Assembly (NCBI GenBank): GCA_964366795.1
Contig: CAYIUX010000002.1
Coordinates: 1 to 36,271 of the forward strand
DNA from: an uncultured Gammaproteobacteria bacterium
GTDB lineage: Bacteria; Patescibacteriota; Microgenomatia; PFEM01; CAYIUX01
Direction: 5' to 3'
DNA length: 36,271 nucleotides
How positions within the stretch are numbered: position 1 is the first letter of the stretch; every line of letters starts with the position of its first letter. Both the position numbers and the translations under genes were made by a program. Below are positions 1 to 8,809 of the stretch, piece by piece. Under the pieces are notes generated by a model. That model was not told where the DNA came from. It was given only the letters and a program-made list of their open reading frames with translations, and did no database searches.

Positions 1-480
1 AAACAAAACGGCTAAAACAGAAAAAGTCAATCCTGCTCCGACTTCATGACCCAGCCTGGAAAGATAGATATGCCAGGGAGAAATGGCTAGTAGAAAACTA
101 GTAATTAGTGAATAGTAAACAGTGAATCGTGAATTTTTGAAAAGTTCTTTGACCAAAAAATAAGCCCCTAGAATCGTGGTTAAAGACAAAAGGACCGCTG
201 GTAAGCGAACCGAGGTGGTGGATAAACCGAGAACTTTTAGAAAAGGAATCGTCAAATAAACATAAAGCGCTGGTCGCCAATCATCATAGGCTCGGAGGAG
301 TACCGGAAACCGATAGCCATATTCATCCTTGCCGGTTTTCAAAATTGAATAGGCATTCCAACCAATAGAAACCTCGTCTAAAGAAGGGCTAGGTGGTACC
401 TCATTTAAACGATAAAGCCGAAAAAAAGCGCCCAATAGAAGAATAAGAAATAAAAGAATAAGAAAAAGAATTTTTTTCAT
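1..480 (-). CDS. GT39 (ArnT/PMT-like) GT-C membrane glycosyltransferase, 5' partial (first 160 codons; the rest lies beyond the left edge)
   Basis: Absent from the ORF track because no stop lies in the window; the frame is open from 480 down to 1. ATG at 480..478 overlaps the TGA (479..477) of the upstream gene (ATGA). My translation MKKILFLILLFLILLLGAFFRLYRLNEVPPSPSLDEVSIGWNAYSILKTGKDEYGYRFP...LLAISPWHIYLSRLGHE aligns position for position with the two adjacent GT39 paralogues. Confidence 0.8.
   Translation of the reverse strand, partial: MKKILFLILLFLILLLGAFFRLYRLNEVPPSPSLDEVSIGWNAYSILKTGKDEYGYRFPVLLRAYDDWRPALYVYLTIPFLKVLGLSTTSVRLPAVLLSLTTILGAYFLVKELFKNSRFTVYYSLITSFLLAISPWHIYLSRLGHEVGAGLTFSVLAVLF
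99..133. repeat. Imperfect heptanucleotide tandem tract, 5 units (TAGTAAT TAGTGAA TAGTAAA CAGTGAA TCGTGAA)
   Basis: Read directly. Lies in frame inside the partial GT39 and encodes SRFTVYYSLITS. Confidence 0.7.
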
Positions 481-2132
481 TCTCCTTTTACGATTACGAT
501 TGCCGGCTTGCCGTCAAGAAAATTAATTGTTTTATGAACTGAAGCGCCCACGGAAAAATCGTCCGCTCGGCCTACATACAAAATGTGTTTACTTTTTTCT
601 TCCTCTGACCATTTTATTGGCCGAAAAACGTATTTATCAAAAGAATTCCTGTCTTCGGCAAATCCTCCAGAAACAGTCCCACCAGTTCTCTGGTAGGCAG
701 CTGGATCATATTTAAGGTAAAATAGGAAAAACATATATGACTGGTCTAAATAGGGTTGATTGGAAACAATGACTTTCTCGTAATTACCCTCAATTTTCTT
801 TACTTCTTTTACTGCTTGTTCATACCCATATTGCCAAGCCTGGGAGGTAAAGTAATTAAGCTGAACGAAATATTGATTAAAAAAGTAGCCGAAGTTAAAA
901 ATAAAAAAACCCAAGACGGCAAAGAAAACCGGAAATTTTTTCCAAGAAGGAAACTTTTCAATTTTCTGCCAAAAATTCATTAACCCAAGAGCGGTAAAAA
1001 CTTGAACTACCGGTAAAAACCTTAAAGCCCTTACCGCATGGGGAACTCCACTGGTAAAAGCTGCCGGGAGAGGCGCCAGCAAGAACCAAATAAAAAGCAA
1101 AAACTTTGCCTGACGATGTTTCTGATTAAAAATCAACCAGTAAATCCCGTAGACAAAAAAGGGCAATTCGGCTAAATAAAGCAAGCCCATTCCCGGAGCA
1201 TGATGTCGAGCATCGTCACCGGCAATAAACAACCAATTAAAATTAAAATGAGAAAGATAACCGCTTAGGAATGATTGAAGATAAGTAATCCGGCGATTAT
1301 CTAAGATCAATCCTAGATAATCGTTATTGTTTATATCTCTTATTAGTTTCTGGGCCGTCCTTGAGAGAAAGACAGTTTGGTCGGAGGCAAAACTTGTTCC
1401 TTTAGCCCGCAAAAATATTTCTGGATTGGATAAAGTCATCTTAATAAAAGGTAGAACCAAAATCGCTCCCGTTAATAAGGCTACTGCCAAATATTTCTTT
1501 GGTAACTTTAGCCAATCTTTCCTCCAGATTATCAACAGAGCCAAAACCAAAAAGGGGGTAAAAATTTTCTCCGCCTGATAAACATAGATATTTAAACCAG
1601 CAAAAAGAGCACACAAAATAAAAAACCAAGGCTTTTTTAAACCCTTAAGAAAAAGGAGGGCAATTAAGATGTTAAGGGTCATTCCTACCCCCGACTCAAA
1701 AGCTGCCCGGGAGAACTGAAGATGCCAGGGAGAAATGGCAAGTAAAAAGGCGCTGAGTAGTGCCCAACGAGTGGCCGATAGTGAATTTCTAAACAACTCT
1801 TTAACCAAAAGATAAACTAAAAAAACAGCTAAAACTCCAAATATGGCCGAAGGTAAACGAACCGCCCAAAGATTAAGACCGAAAAATTTAATCGGCAAAG
1901 TAGCCAAGTAAGCATAAACGGCTGGCTTATAATCATCAAAAGACCTCAAAATTAACGGTAAAAACTGACCATATTCATCCTTACCCGTCTTTAAAATCGA
2001 ATAGGCGTTATAACCTAAAGCCGCTTCATCCCAGTCCGGCGAGGCTGGCACCTTACCTAGCTGCCAGAATCGCAAAAAGATCGCCAGGATTAAGATAATA
2101 AACAAGGCGAGGATTTCTTTTTGTTTAGTCAT
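477..2132 (-). CDS. GT39 (ArnT/PMT-like) GT-C membrane glycosyltransferase, paralogue 2 of the left-end triplet
   Basis: ORF 477..2177. Preferred start is ATG 2132 (MTKQKEILALFIILILAIFLRFWQLG), which matches the N-terminal layout of the paralogues and gives an ATGACTAA 8-nt overlap with the upstream stop at 2125. First-loop DE motif PDWDEAALGYNAYSILKTGKDEYG, AISPWHLQFSRAAFE, many hydrophobic segments, C-terminal soluble domain WQYGY...FLFYLKYDP. Alternative starts at 2153 and 2177. Confidence 0.85.
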   Translation of the reverse strand: MTKQKEILALFIILILAIFLRFWQLGKVPASPDWDEAALGYNAYSILKTGKDEYGQFLPLILRSFDDYKPAVYAYLATLPIKFFGLNLWAVRLPSAIFGVLAVFLVYLLVKELFRNSLSATRWALLSAFLLAISPWHLQFSRAAFESGVGMTLNILIALLFLKGLKKPWFFILCALFAGLNIYVYQAEKIFTPFLVLALLIIWRKDWLKLPKKYLAVALLTGAILVLPFIKMTLSNPEIFLRAKGTSFASDQTVFLSRTAQKLIRDINNNDYLGLILDNRRITYLQSFLSGYLSHFNFNWLFIAGDDARHHAPGMGLLYLAELPFFVYGIYWLIFNQKHRQAKFLLFIWFLLAPLPAAFTSGVPHAVRALRFLPVVQVFTALGLMNFWQKIEKFPSWKKFPVFFAVLGFFIFNFGYFFNQYFVQLNYFTSQAWQYGYEQAVKEVKKIEGNYEKVIVSNQPYLDQSYMFFLFYLKYDPAAYQRTGGTVSGGFAEDRNSFDKYVFRPIKWSEEEKSKHILYVGRADDFSVGASVHKTINFLDGKPAIVIVKGE

Positions 2133-3768
2133 TCTGTTGAGTAACTCTTTCATAGACCACCAGTATTTCGCTGTCATTCAAAAGGTTAAAAGTTTTAATC
2201 CTGCTGGCATGGTCTGGCACCCTGGTGGGAGCATCAACATATAAAGCTCCCTCAACTGTACGCGGGCCCTCGGCGCCAAAAAAATGATATTTGTCGAATC
2301 CCCTCACGTGCACAAACCCAAACGGATCACGCTCAACTTGTGCTTTTTGCCAAAAAGATTTAGGTGAATATTTAAGATAAAAAAGAAAATAAATATATGG
2401 TCGACCAAGATTATCTGTGAACCAAATCTGGTCGTATTTATTTTCGACTGATTTAAGATAATCGATCACTGGTTTATAGCCATATTGCCATTCACCAGAG
2501 TATTCTACTGGATAGTGACGCCAGTAGCCATGCTGAAAATAAACGACACTCATCGTTACTAACCCCCAACAGGCAACCAGCAACCCGTAACCGATAAACC
2601 GTTTTTGTTTGTCTAAAAAATTCCAAAATTCAACTACCCCTAACGCCGTTAGAATTTGCCAGGTTGGTAAGGTGGTTTCAATTCTTAAAGCATGGGGTGT
2701 TTCTCGGGCGGTGGCCGCCGGGATAATTCCCACCAGCAGCCAAAAAGGGACTAACCACCAGTAGCCCGGTTTTTTCTTGATTAATATCAAAATTCCAGCA
2801 ACTAGAAAAGGCAATTCCCAAAGATAAAATTCACCAACATCCTGGGTGGAAAATTTTGGATTGCCATCACCTTTAAAAAACAAAAAGTAGGGATTAAAAT
2901 GGTCAAAGTAATGGCGCAAAAACAACCGCAGGTAGCCCCAACGCCGGTTGTGAATAATTCTCGACCACCAGACCCAGTTATCATTGGTCATTTCTTGATT
3001 GGCAGTTTCCACCACACTGGCTTCGGTAAAAATATTAACTTCTTTAAAGCGTAATTTGGCTTGGGGCGTCAAATAAAAACGCAAGGCTGGCAAAAGTAAA
3101 AGTAGCCCAAGTATGGCTGACACCAGCAACCAATTTCTTTTCTGCCAAAGTCTTTGGCGAAAAGCAACCACCAAACCGAAAACCAAAAGAGGGGTTACTA
3201 CCCGAGCCGTATTGAAAGTCTGCAAACTTAAAGCAAAACTTAAAGCCGCTAAAGGCAGAAATCGTCCGTCTTGATTAATCGCTCTTAAAAAACAAAAAAT
3301 ACCAGCAATGATAAAAAAAGTTGCCACATTCGCCTCAAATGCTGCTCGGGAAAGCATAATATGCCAAGGCGAAATTGCCAACAAAAAGCTCGCAATTAAA
3401 GGAAGCGTCAAAGAAGTAGAAGGGAACATTTCTTTCACCAAAAAATAGGTCAGCAAAACAGTTAAAACACCAAAAAATGCCGAGGGAAAACGAACTGCAA
3501 ACTCATTTAAGCCAAAAATTTTAACCGGCAAAATTGTCAGATAAGCGTAAACAGGTGGCTTGAAATCGCCGAATGACTCAAGATAATTTAAAGGCAGAAA
3601 GCGACCGAATTCATCCCGCCCAGTCTGCCCCAAACTATAGGCGTTATACCCCCAAGCGGCTTCATCCCAATTCAAAGCCGGCGGGTTTATTCCCAATCCC
3701 CAAAACCGCAAAGCCGCCGCCAAAATCAAAACTAATATTAAGGGTAAAGATTTTTTATACTTTTCCAT
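2125..3768 (-). CDS. GT39 (ArnT/PMT-like) GT-C membrane glycosyltransferase, paralogue 3 of the left-end triplet
   Basis: ORF 2125..3789. Preferred start is ATG 3768 (MEKYKKSLPLILVLILAAALRFWGLG), a 14-nt overlap with the upstream stop at 3755. Motifs NWDEAAWGYNAYSLGQTGRDEFG, AISPWHIMLSRAAFE, C-terminal EWQYGY...FLFYLKYSP. Confidence 0.85.
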   Translation of the reverse strand: MEKYKKSLPLILVLILAAALRFWGLGINPPALNWDEAAWGYNAYSLGQTGRDEFGRFLPLNYLESFGDFKPPVYAYLTILPVKIFGLNEFAVRFPSAFFGVLTVLLTYFLVKEMFPSTSLTLPLIASFLLAISPWHIMLSRAAFEANVATFFIIAGIFCFLRAINQDGRFLPLAALSFALSLQTFNTARVVTPLLVFGLVVAFRQRLWQKRNWLLVSAILGLLLLLPALRFYLTPQAKLRFKEVNIFTEASVVETANQEMTNDNWVWWSRIIHNRRWGYLRLFLRHYFDHFNPYFLFFKGDGNPKFSTQDVGEFYLWELPFLVAGILILIKKKPGYWWLVPFWLLVGIIPAATARETPHALRIETTLPTWQILTALGVVEFWNFLDKQKRFIGYGLLVACWGLVTMSVVYFQHGYWRHYPVEYSGEWQYGYKPVIDYLKSVENKYDQIWFTDNLGRPYIYFLFYLKYSPKSFWQKAQVERDPFGFVHVRGFDKYHFFGAEGPRTVEGALYVDAPTRVPDHASRIKTFNLLNDSEILVVYERVTQQND

Positions 3769-4960
3769 TTTTCGGCCAAAAGTAAGCACTAATAAAAACC
3801 ATTGATAAATAACCTAAATGGCTATTATTAAAATAGCGAGAAAAATACCAAAACGCCATGGTTAAAAAACCGTAAGCCACAATCAATTTATCAACGCTTG
3901 GTTTTTTGACCAACCAACGAATTAAAACCACCAACAATGGAACACCAAAAATCGCCTGCCACAACCAAAAAGGGTAATAATTATGAAGATCCTTGATAAA
4001 TCCCAATTGGTGTAGCACCATTCCCCATCCATAGCCGGCTACCGGATAGCTGTGCCCGGCGCTACCGTTCAAGTAAAAAACGGTACTTTCTAAAAAAGCC
4101 CTCGGCTGCCAGAAAAAGAAGGGCAAAACCACTATCCCAAAAGTCAAAAATAGTGGCAATACTAACCTGACTGTTTCCCTCCAATTTTTCCTTGCTTTGA
4201 GCCAAACAAAAACCAAATAAAGCGGCAGAATCGGCCAAGTCGATTGTTTAGTCGCTAAGGCTAAAGCTAAAGGAACGCTAGCTAAAGCATAACGTTCAGC
4301 GGTTAACCAATACCAACTTAAAAATAAAAAGGTAAATGCAAAAACATCAGATCGACCCTCAAGAAAATAACCAAGAGTGGCGGGATTAAAAGCTAGTAGC
4401 GTCAAAAATAACCGGCGTTGTTCAGAATCTTTTTTAAGTAATCGCCAGGCCAAAATCAACAAAACGGCAAAAAGAAAAACCAAAGGCAACCGAGCGTCGA
4501 AAAAACCAAAAATACTCAGATTTAGAAAGTAAAAAGGTAAAGCAAACAATAAATACCAAGGCATCATTACAAAATGAAACAGGGCGGGGTTAACTTCGGT
4601 GTCTGAATAATGCCAGCTCTCCAGGGGAGTGTTGAAATAAGTAACGGCATATGGGTTTCTTCCCTGCAATAAAAACCGAATCGCTGCCTCCTGCTGGAGA
4701 ATGATATCATGAACTTGATAAACGGGGGCGGTCCGATGGCGCACTAAAATCGCCGAATAGTTAGCACTACCAATAACCAAAACCACGATTAGCCACCATA
4801 TTATCGACTTTAATTTTTCGGTTGCTAAAAAGCTAAAAAGAAGTCCAAAAATGATTCCAAAAAGCCAATAAGGAGTCTCGCCTGGTCCAATTCGATAAGT
4901 CATAATAAAAGGAACTACGAGGGCAAAAAGCAAAACCGCAGACAAGGAAATTTTTTTCAT
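3755..4960 (-). CDS. Polytopic membrane protein, GT-C-like (NPY-loop, DUF2029/GT87-like); activity unassigned
   Basis: 401-aa ORF, almost entirely hydrophobic segments. Loop AAIRFLLQGRNPYAVTYFNTPLESWHY after the first helices resembles the G.NPY loop of DUF2029/GT87-type mannosyltransferase-like proteins (from memory, weak). Sits directly downstream of a Dpm1-like GT2. Confidence 0.5.
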   Translation of the reverse strand: MKKISLSAVLLFALVVPFIMTYRIGPGETPYWLFGIIFGLLFSFLATEKLKSIIWWLIVVLVIGSANYSAILVRHRTAPVYQVHDIILQQEAAIRFLLQGRNPYAVTYFNTPLESWHYSDTEVNPALFHFVMMPWYLLFALPFYFLNLSIFGFFDARLPLVFLFAVLLILAWRLLKKDSEQRRLFLTLLAFNPATLGYFLEGRSDVFAFTFLFLSWYWLTAERYALASVPLALALATKQSTWPILPLYLVFVWLKARKNWRETVRLVLPLFLTFGIVVLPFFFWQPRAFLESTVFYLNGSAGHSYPVAGYGWGMVLHQLGFIKDLHNYYPFWLWQAIFGVPLLVVLIRWLVKKPSVDKLIVAYGFLTMAFWYFSRYFNNSHLGYLSMVFISAYFWPKNGKV

Positions 4961-4978
4961 TATCTATATTTTAAATCA

Positions 4979-5671
4979 CTAATCAAGAAAACGATACTTT
5001 AAAAGCACCCAAAGAATTCGAAATGAATCTTTCCAGCTGATTTTTTTGCCCTGCCAAAATTCTCGGCCCGCATAACTGATAGGCACCTCATAAATCCGCA
5101 CTCCCTGTTTAAGTAGTTTAACCGTAATTTCTGGATCCCATCCCCAACCATTTTCTTTAAGGGTAATTTTTTTAAAAAACCGCCGAGGGAAAAGCTTATA
5201 ACAAACTTCCATATCTGAAAGGGTAGTGTTATACAAAACATTAGTCACAAAACTCAAAAACTTATTCCCCATCATGTGCCAGAAAAACATATTCCGATGC
5301 TCTCCGGTAAACCTTGAACCATAAACAACCTCAGCCTTGCCCTCATGGATTGGTTTGAGTAGCCGAGGAATATCTTGAGGGTCGTACTCCAAATCAGCGT
5401 CCTGAATGATAATATAGTCTCCCGTGGTTTGTCCAAAGCTGCTCCTTATCGCTGCGCCTTTTCCACCTTGTTGAGAACGAAAAATCAATTTTAAATCGGG
5501 ATGCTCTCGTTTAAGTTTCTCCATTATTTTCCGACTACCATCAATTGATTTATCATCAATTATAACAATTTCCTTTTTTACTCCGGTTAGTTTCACTCTC
5601 AATACTCGTCCAACTAACTCTTCTAAGGTTCTTTCTTCGTTAAAAACCGGAATTACAATTGAAAGTTTCAT
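4979..5671 (-). CDS. GT2 glycosyltransferase, Dpm1/GtrB-like polyprenyl-phosphate sugar synthase candidate
   Basis: ORF 4979..5758. Preferred start is ATG 5671 (MKLSIVIPVFNEERT), which forms an ATGA overlap with the upstream stop at 5668. GT-A motifs VIPVFNEE, IIDDKSIDGS, IIQDADLEYDP, MEVCYKLF. Confidence 0.85.
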   Translation of the reverse strand: MKLSIVIPVFNEERTLEELVGRVLRVKLTGVKKEIVIIDDKSIDGSRKIMEKLKREHPDLKLIFRSQQGGKGAAIRSSFGQTTGDYIIIQDADLEYDPQDIPRLLKPIHEGKAEVVYGSRFTGEHRNMFFWHMMGNKFLSFVTNVLYNTTLSDMEVCYKLFPRRFFKKITLKENGWGWDPEITVKLLKQGVRIYEVPISYAGREFWQGKKISWKDSFRILWVLLKYRFLD

Positions 5672-6546
5672 AACAACTGGACCAAAGCTTTCAGTAATCC
5701 TTGCCAAAATAGCCAATCTCCGGAAAAAGAGGCCTTCAATAAATGATATGGTAGCCAAAAAATATGTTGGAGTAACATTTTAAAATCACCATTTTTCCAA
5801 ACAAACAAAAACTGATTTTTATAAGCAAAAACTTTCATTTGTTTTTTGCCAAAAGTAGGGATATTAGTCGTTTCGTGATGGTGGATAACAATTGACCTCG
5901 GTTCGAAAAGAATCTGCCAGCCCACCTTTTTTGCTCTCCAGGATAAATCAATGTCCTCCCAATAAGCCGGTCGAAAAATAGTGTCCATTCCTCCGAGCTT
6001 TAACCATTTTTCTTTATCCACAGCCATACTTCCCGCTGTCGCCCAGAGAGTATCAGTTTTGTCCTGATTTTCAGCTCGCCAATGAATCAAAAATCCTCGT
6101 TTGAATTCTCCCAATCCCCGACCGCTATAAACTATTTTTCCATCTTTAACATCTTTTTCTTTACAACCAACGGCGAAAACCATGGGGTCCTCAAAATGTT
6201 TCACCAGCGGGTTTAAAAAATTAGGCTCTGGGATAACATCATTGTTCAATAAAACCACTATCTCACCTTTTGCCGTCTTCACTCCGCTATTACAAGCGGC
6301 GGCGAAACGCTGATTTTTTTGATGGACAACCACTTTTATTTGAGGATAATTCTTTTTTAAAAAACTAACGCTCTCGTCAGTCGAAGCATCATCAACAACA
6401 ATTACCTCCCAATCCGCCGGCCGGCGGACAGGCCCGCTTTTCTCCCACTTTTGACAGGCTACCAGTACCATTGGCAGGTTCTTTTCCAAAAGCCGCCGAC
6501 CGTTGTAATTAGGAATAACAATGCTGACTTTAAGGTTCATATTCAA
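5668..6546 (-). CDS. GT2 glycosyltransferase (WbbL/rhamnosyltransferase-like subgroup)
   Basis: 292-aa ORF. Motifs VSIVIPNYNG, VIVVDDASTDES, AAACNSGV, VVLLNNDV. No TM segments. Start 6546 or 6540; either overlaps the upstream stop at 6530. Confidence 0.85.
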   Translation of the reverse strand: MNMNLKVSIVIPNYNGRRLLEKNLPMVLVACQKWEKSGPVRRPADWEVIVVDDASTDESVSFLKKNYPQIKVVVHQKNQRFAAACNSGVKTAKGEIVVLLNNDVIPEPNFLNPLVKHFEDPMVFAVGCKEKDVKDGKIVYSGRGLGEFKRGFLIHWRAENQDKTDTLWATAGSMAVDKEKWLKLGGMDTIFRPAYWEDIDLSWRAKKVGWQILFEPRSIVIHHHETTNIPTFGKKQMKVFAYKNQFLFVWKNGDFKMLLQHIFWLPYHLLKASFSGDWLFWQGLLKALVQLL

Positions 6547-8809
6547 AAACTACTTTATGTTTTCCTGAAGGAACAATAACTGCTCGAAAATTATAATCAG
6601 CCAGATAAATTTTGGTTTCTTTACCATCTACGGTAGCTTTCCAGCCAGGATAATAAGAATCAGTTAAAACCAAAATTCCCTTTTTGGCGGTGTCAACACT
6701 AACAATAACCTTATTCTCTTCATATGTCTCTATCGCTACCTTATTATCAACCTCCTCGTTGGTCAGTTTAATTAATTCCGCTGGTAAAATTTCCTCTAAA
6801 ACTACTTTTTTGTGAAGATTTATACTTTCATCCATTAGTAAATCAATGGCTTTTTGTTTGTTTTCCGCAAATTGGAAGTTATAAACCATGAATGCCCGAG
6901 GAAAATAATCCTTATTATAATAAACCCGAGTTTCCCCCTCTTGAAAGACCAAGCCGAGTTTTGGCGAACTTAAATCGGCAAGGGCTAACACATATTTAAC
7001 ATTTAATAAATCGACAATTCTGGAGTTGAAATTTTGAGGCGTAATGATTCGATTAAAACCAAAAGGCGGAGAAATATCAGGCTTTCCCCTTTCCGAAGCG
7101 GCAATTAATTCACCGTAACGAAGAAGATATAAAGGGTCATAACCATCGATGGTGGGGAGGCGGTAAGCAATCGAAAAGTTGGGCGGGAATATTCTTCTGT
7201 CGGTGCTCATAAAACGAAAGGGGAGGTTATCACTTTTTAAAAATTCAATCGTTTTGGTTGAAGGAAAAATCCATTCTTGTTTAGTAAATGGAATAAATTT
7301 CCAGCCAAAGCGAACCAAATCAAAACAAACAAAAATCAGTATTAATCCTAAGGTAACTTTCTTGGGAAACCACCGAATAAAAAGTAAAACTATTAATCCT
7401 ACGCCAACAACTAACATTCCTGTGGGTAAAATTAGATTTCTCTTACTTACGGCTAAATTGACAATCCAGGAAGCATTTGGCCAAACTTTCGGAGCCAAAA
7501 AAATAAAACTCCACAAAAATCCCCAGACTAAGGCTGGAAAAACGAGCGGAGTAAGTTTTTCTTTTTTCTTTAAAATCGTATCTAACCCAAAGGCCGCTAA
7601 AATCGCTAGACAAAAATCAACTATCACCAAAAGTCGAGTTGGCTGGCTACTAGAAAGAAGGGGAATTCCTATTTTAAAGGGTAATTTTGCCCAGGGAGTG
7701 GGCAAGGCAAAGCTTAAAGCCAATAAGCCCAGAATAGCAAAAAATTTAGTTTTCCTGTTTCGACCCCAAAAGATTGCCAAAAAAGCAAAAACTAAGGGAA
7801 TTACTCCAATATAACCAACAAATTCCCCGTAATTAAAAACCCCCCAATAATTTAAAGTCGTCGGATTGCCAAAAAAATCTGGAACAAAAAATTGAACCAA
7901 GTTTTGCCAAGGAATAAACCATCCCGGTTGTTGCCAGTTAATCTGGTCAATGTCTCGAGCGCTCAGTCGAATAAACTCCAGTGTGGGTCGCCATTGAGGG
8001 TAAGTTAGAATTAAGAATAAAGAATAAAGAATTAAGAATAAAAAAATCAGTTTAATACGTCCCTCCTTTATCGCCAAAAATCGCCAACCCAAATAAATAA
8101 AACTAAACAAGAAAACATAAAAAAATGTCTGTAAATGTCCAGCAAAAAAAGATTGGGTTAAAGAAAAAACGAAAACTCCACTCCAAAAATATTTTTTAAC
8201 TCGTAACTCGTAACTCGTTAACTTTTCAACTGTCAACAATATTAAAGGTAGCCACAGTGCCGCATGCAATACCGTTCCCCATTCTAACCAGGCAATAAAA
8301 AATCCAGAAAAGGAAAAGCTTAAAGCTCCAATTAAACAAGCAATTTTATTTAATCTCAGATGACTAAGGTAAAGATAAAGAAAAATGCCTGCCAAAAGCG
8401 GTTGAAGAAAAATTAATATTCCCCAGGCAATTTTAGTATCAAGAATAAAGAATAAAGAATTAAGAAAATAAAAGGGGGCTGATTGAAAGTTTGCTAAAAG
8501 TGGCGTTCCAGCAAAGGAATAAGGATTCCACAAAGGCCATTGACCGCGCTTAAAAAGATTAACAAGTAGTTGTCTCCAGGGATATAACTGACGAACCGGG
8601 TCGGTAATCAAAAAATTTTTAAAAGGAACGCCGGCAGTAAAATTATCCCAAATTACATCCCGCCAAGGATGATACATGCCAACAATAGTATCTGCGGGAA
8701 TAGGAATCTTGCCAGATACCAAAAATTGTTTAAAAAACAAACCAACAACAAAAATCAGCAAAATAATTGCCAAAAGATTGGTAATGTATTTAAATTTTAA
8801 TGATTTCAT
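6530..8809 (-). CDS. YfhO-like GT-C membrane glycosyltransferase (paralogue 1 of 3)
   Basis: 759-aa polytopic ORF. N-terminal loop IPADTIVGMYHPWRD, FKRGQWPLWNPYSFAGTPLLANFQSA, FFGNP, C-terminal DSYYPGWKATVDGKETKIYLADYNFRAVIVPSGKHKVVFEY, typical of YfhO-family proteins. Confidence 0.85.
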   Translation of the reverse strand: MKSLKFKYITNLLAIILLIFVVGLFFKQFLVSGKIPIPADTIVGMYHPWRDVIWDNFTAGVPFKNFLITDPVRQLYPWRQLLVNLFKRGQWPLWNPYSFAGTPLLANFQSAPFYFLNSLFFILDTKIAWGILIFLQPLLAGIFLYLYLSHLRLNKIACLIGALSFSFSGFFIAWLEWGTVLHAALWLPLILLTVEKLTSYELRVKKYFWSGVFVFSLTQSFFAGHLQTFFYVFLFSFIYLGWRFLAIKEGRIKLIFLFLILYSLFLILTYPQWRPTLEFIRLSARDIDQINWQQPGWFIPWQNLVQFFVPDFFGNPTTLNYWGVFNYGEFVGYIGVIPLVFAFLAIFWGRNRKTKFFAILGLLALSFALPTPWAKLPFKIGIPLLSSSQPTRLLVIVDFCLAILAAFGLDTILKKKEKLTPLVFPALVWGFLWSFIFLAPKVWPNASWIVNLAVSKRNLILPTGMLVVGVGLIVLLFIRWFPKKVTLGLILIFVCFDLVRFGWKFIPFTKQEWIFPSTKTIEFLKSDNLPFRFMSTDRRIFPPNFSIAYRLPTIDGYDPLYLLRYGELIAASERGKPDISPPFGFNRIITPQNFNSRIVDLLNVKYVLALADLSSPKLGLVFQEGETRVYYNKDYFPRAFMVYNFQFAENKQKAIDLLMDESINLHKKVVLEEILPAELIKLTNEEVDNKVAIETYEENKVIVSVDTAKKGILVLTDSYYPGWKATVDGKETKIYLADYNFRAVIVPSGKHKVVFEYEP
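8008..8042. repeat. Heptanucleotide tandem tract GAATWAA x5 (GAATTAA GAATAAA GAATAAA GAATTAA GAATAAA)
   Basis: Read directly; position checked against the ORF frame. Encodes FLFLILYSLFLIL in YfhO-like 1. Confidence 0.8.
8197..8217. repeat. Perfect heptanucleotide tandem tract TAACTCG x3
   Basis: Read directly. Encodes TSYELRV in YfhO-like 1, in a loop that is 4 residues longer than in the two paralogues. Confidence 0.8.
8443..8470. repeat. Heptanucleotide tandem tract GAATAAA GAATAAA GAATTAA (+ degenerate GAAAATA)
   Basis: Read directly. Encodes FLNSLFFIL in YfhO-like 1. Confidence 0.75.

Noticed and set aside
98-280. 60-aa minus-strand ORF near the left edge
   Set aside because: It is out of frame with, and fully contained in, the open reading frame 1..480, which encodes a clear GT39 N-terminus. 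It is a shadow ORF.
438-467. 15-nt direct duplication (CTTATTCTTTTATTT / CTTATTCTTCTATTG on the minus strand) encoding LILLF LILLL in the signal-anchor of the edge GT39
   Set aside because: This is a low-complexity Leu/Ile/Phe helix. The similarity is explainable by repeated use of the same few codons, and nothing distinguishes it from the other N-terminal anchors in the window.
7179-7814. 211-aa plus-strand ORF, the longest ORF not called as a gene
   Set aside because: It lies entirely antisense inside the well-supported YfhO-like gene 6530..8809. Its translation is K/R/T/N-rich low-complexity sequence, as expected from reading the antisense strand of T-rich TM-helix codons, and it has no recognisable motif. 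The same reasoning applies to the other short antisense or alternative-frame ORFs, for example 527..715, 756..983, 1327..1578, 10724..10930, 11000..11239, 21539..21844, 26942..27241 and 27609..27926.
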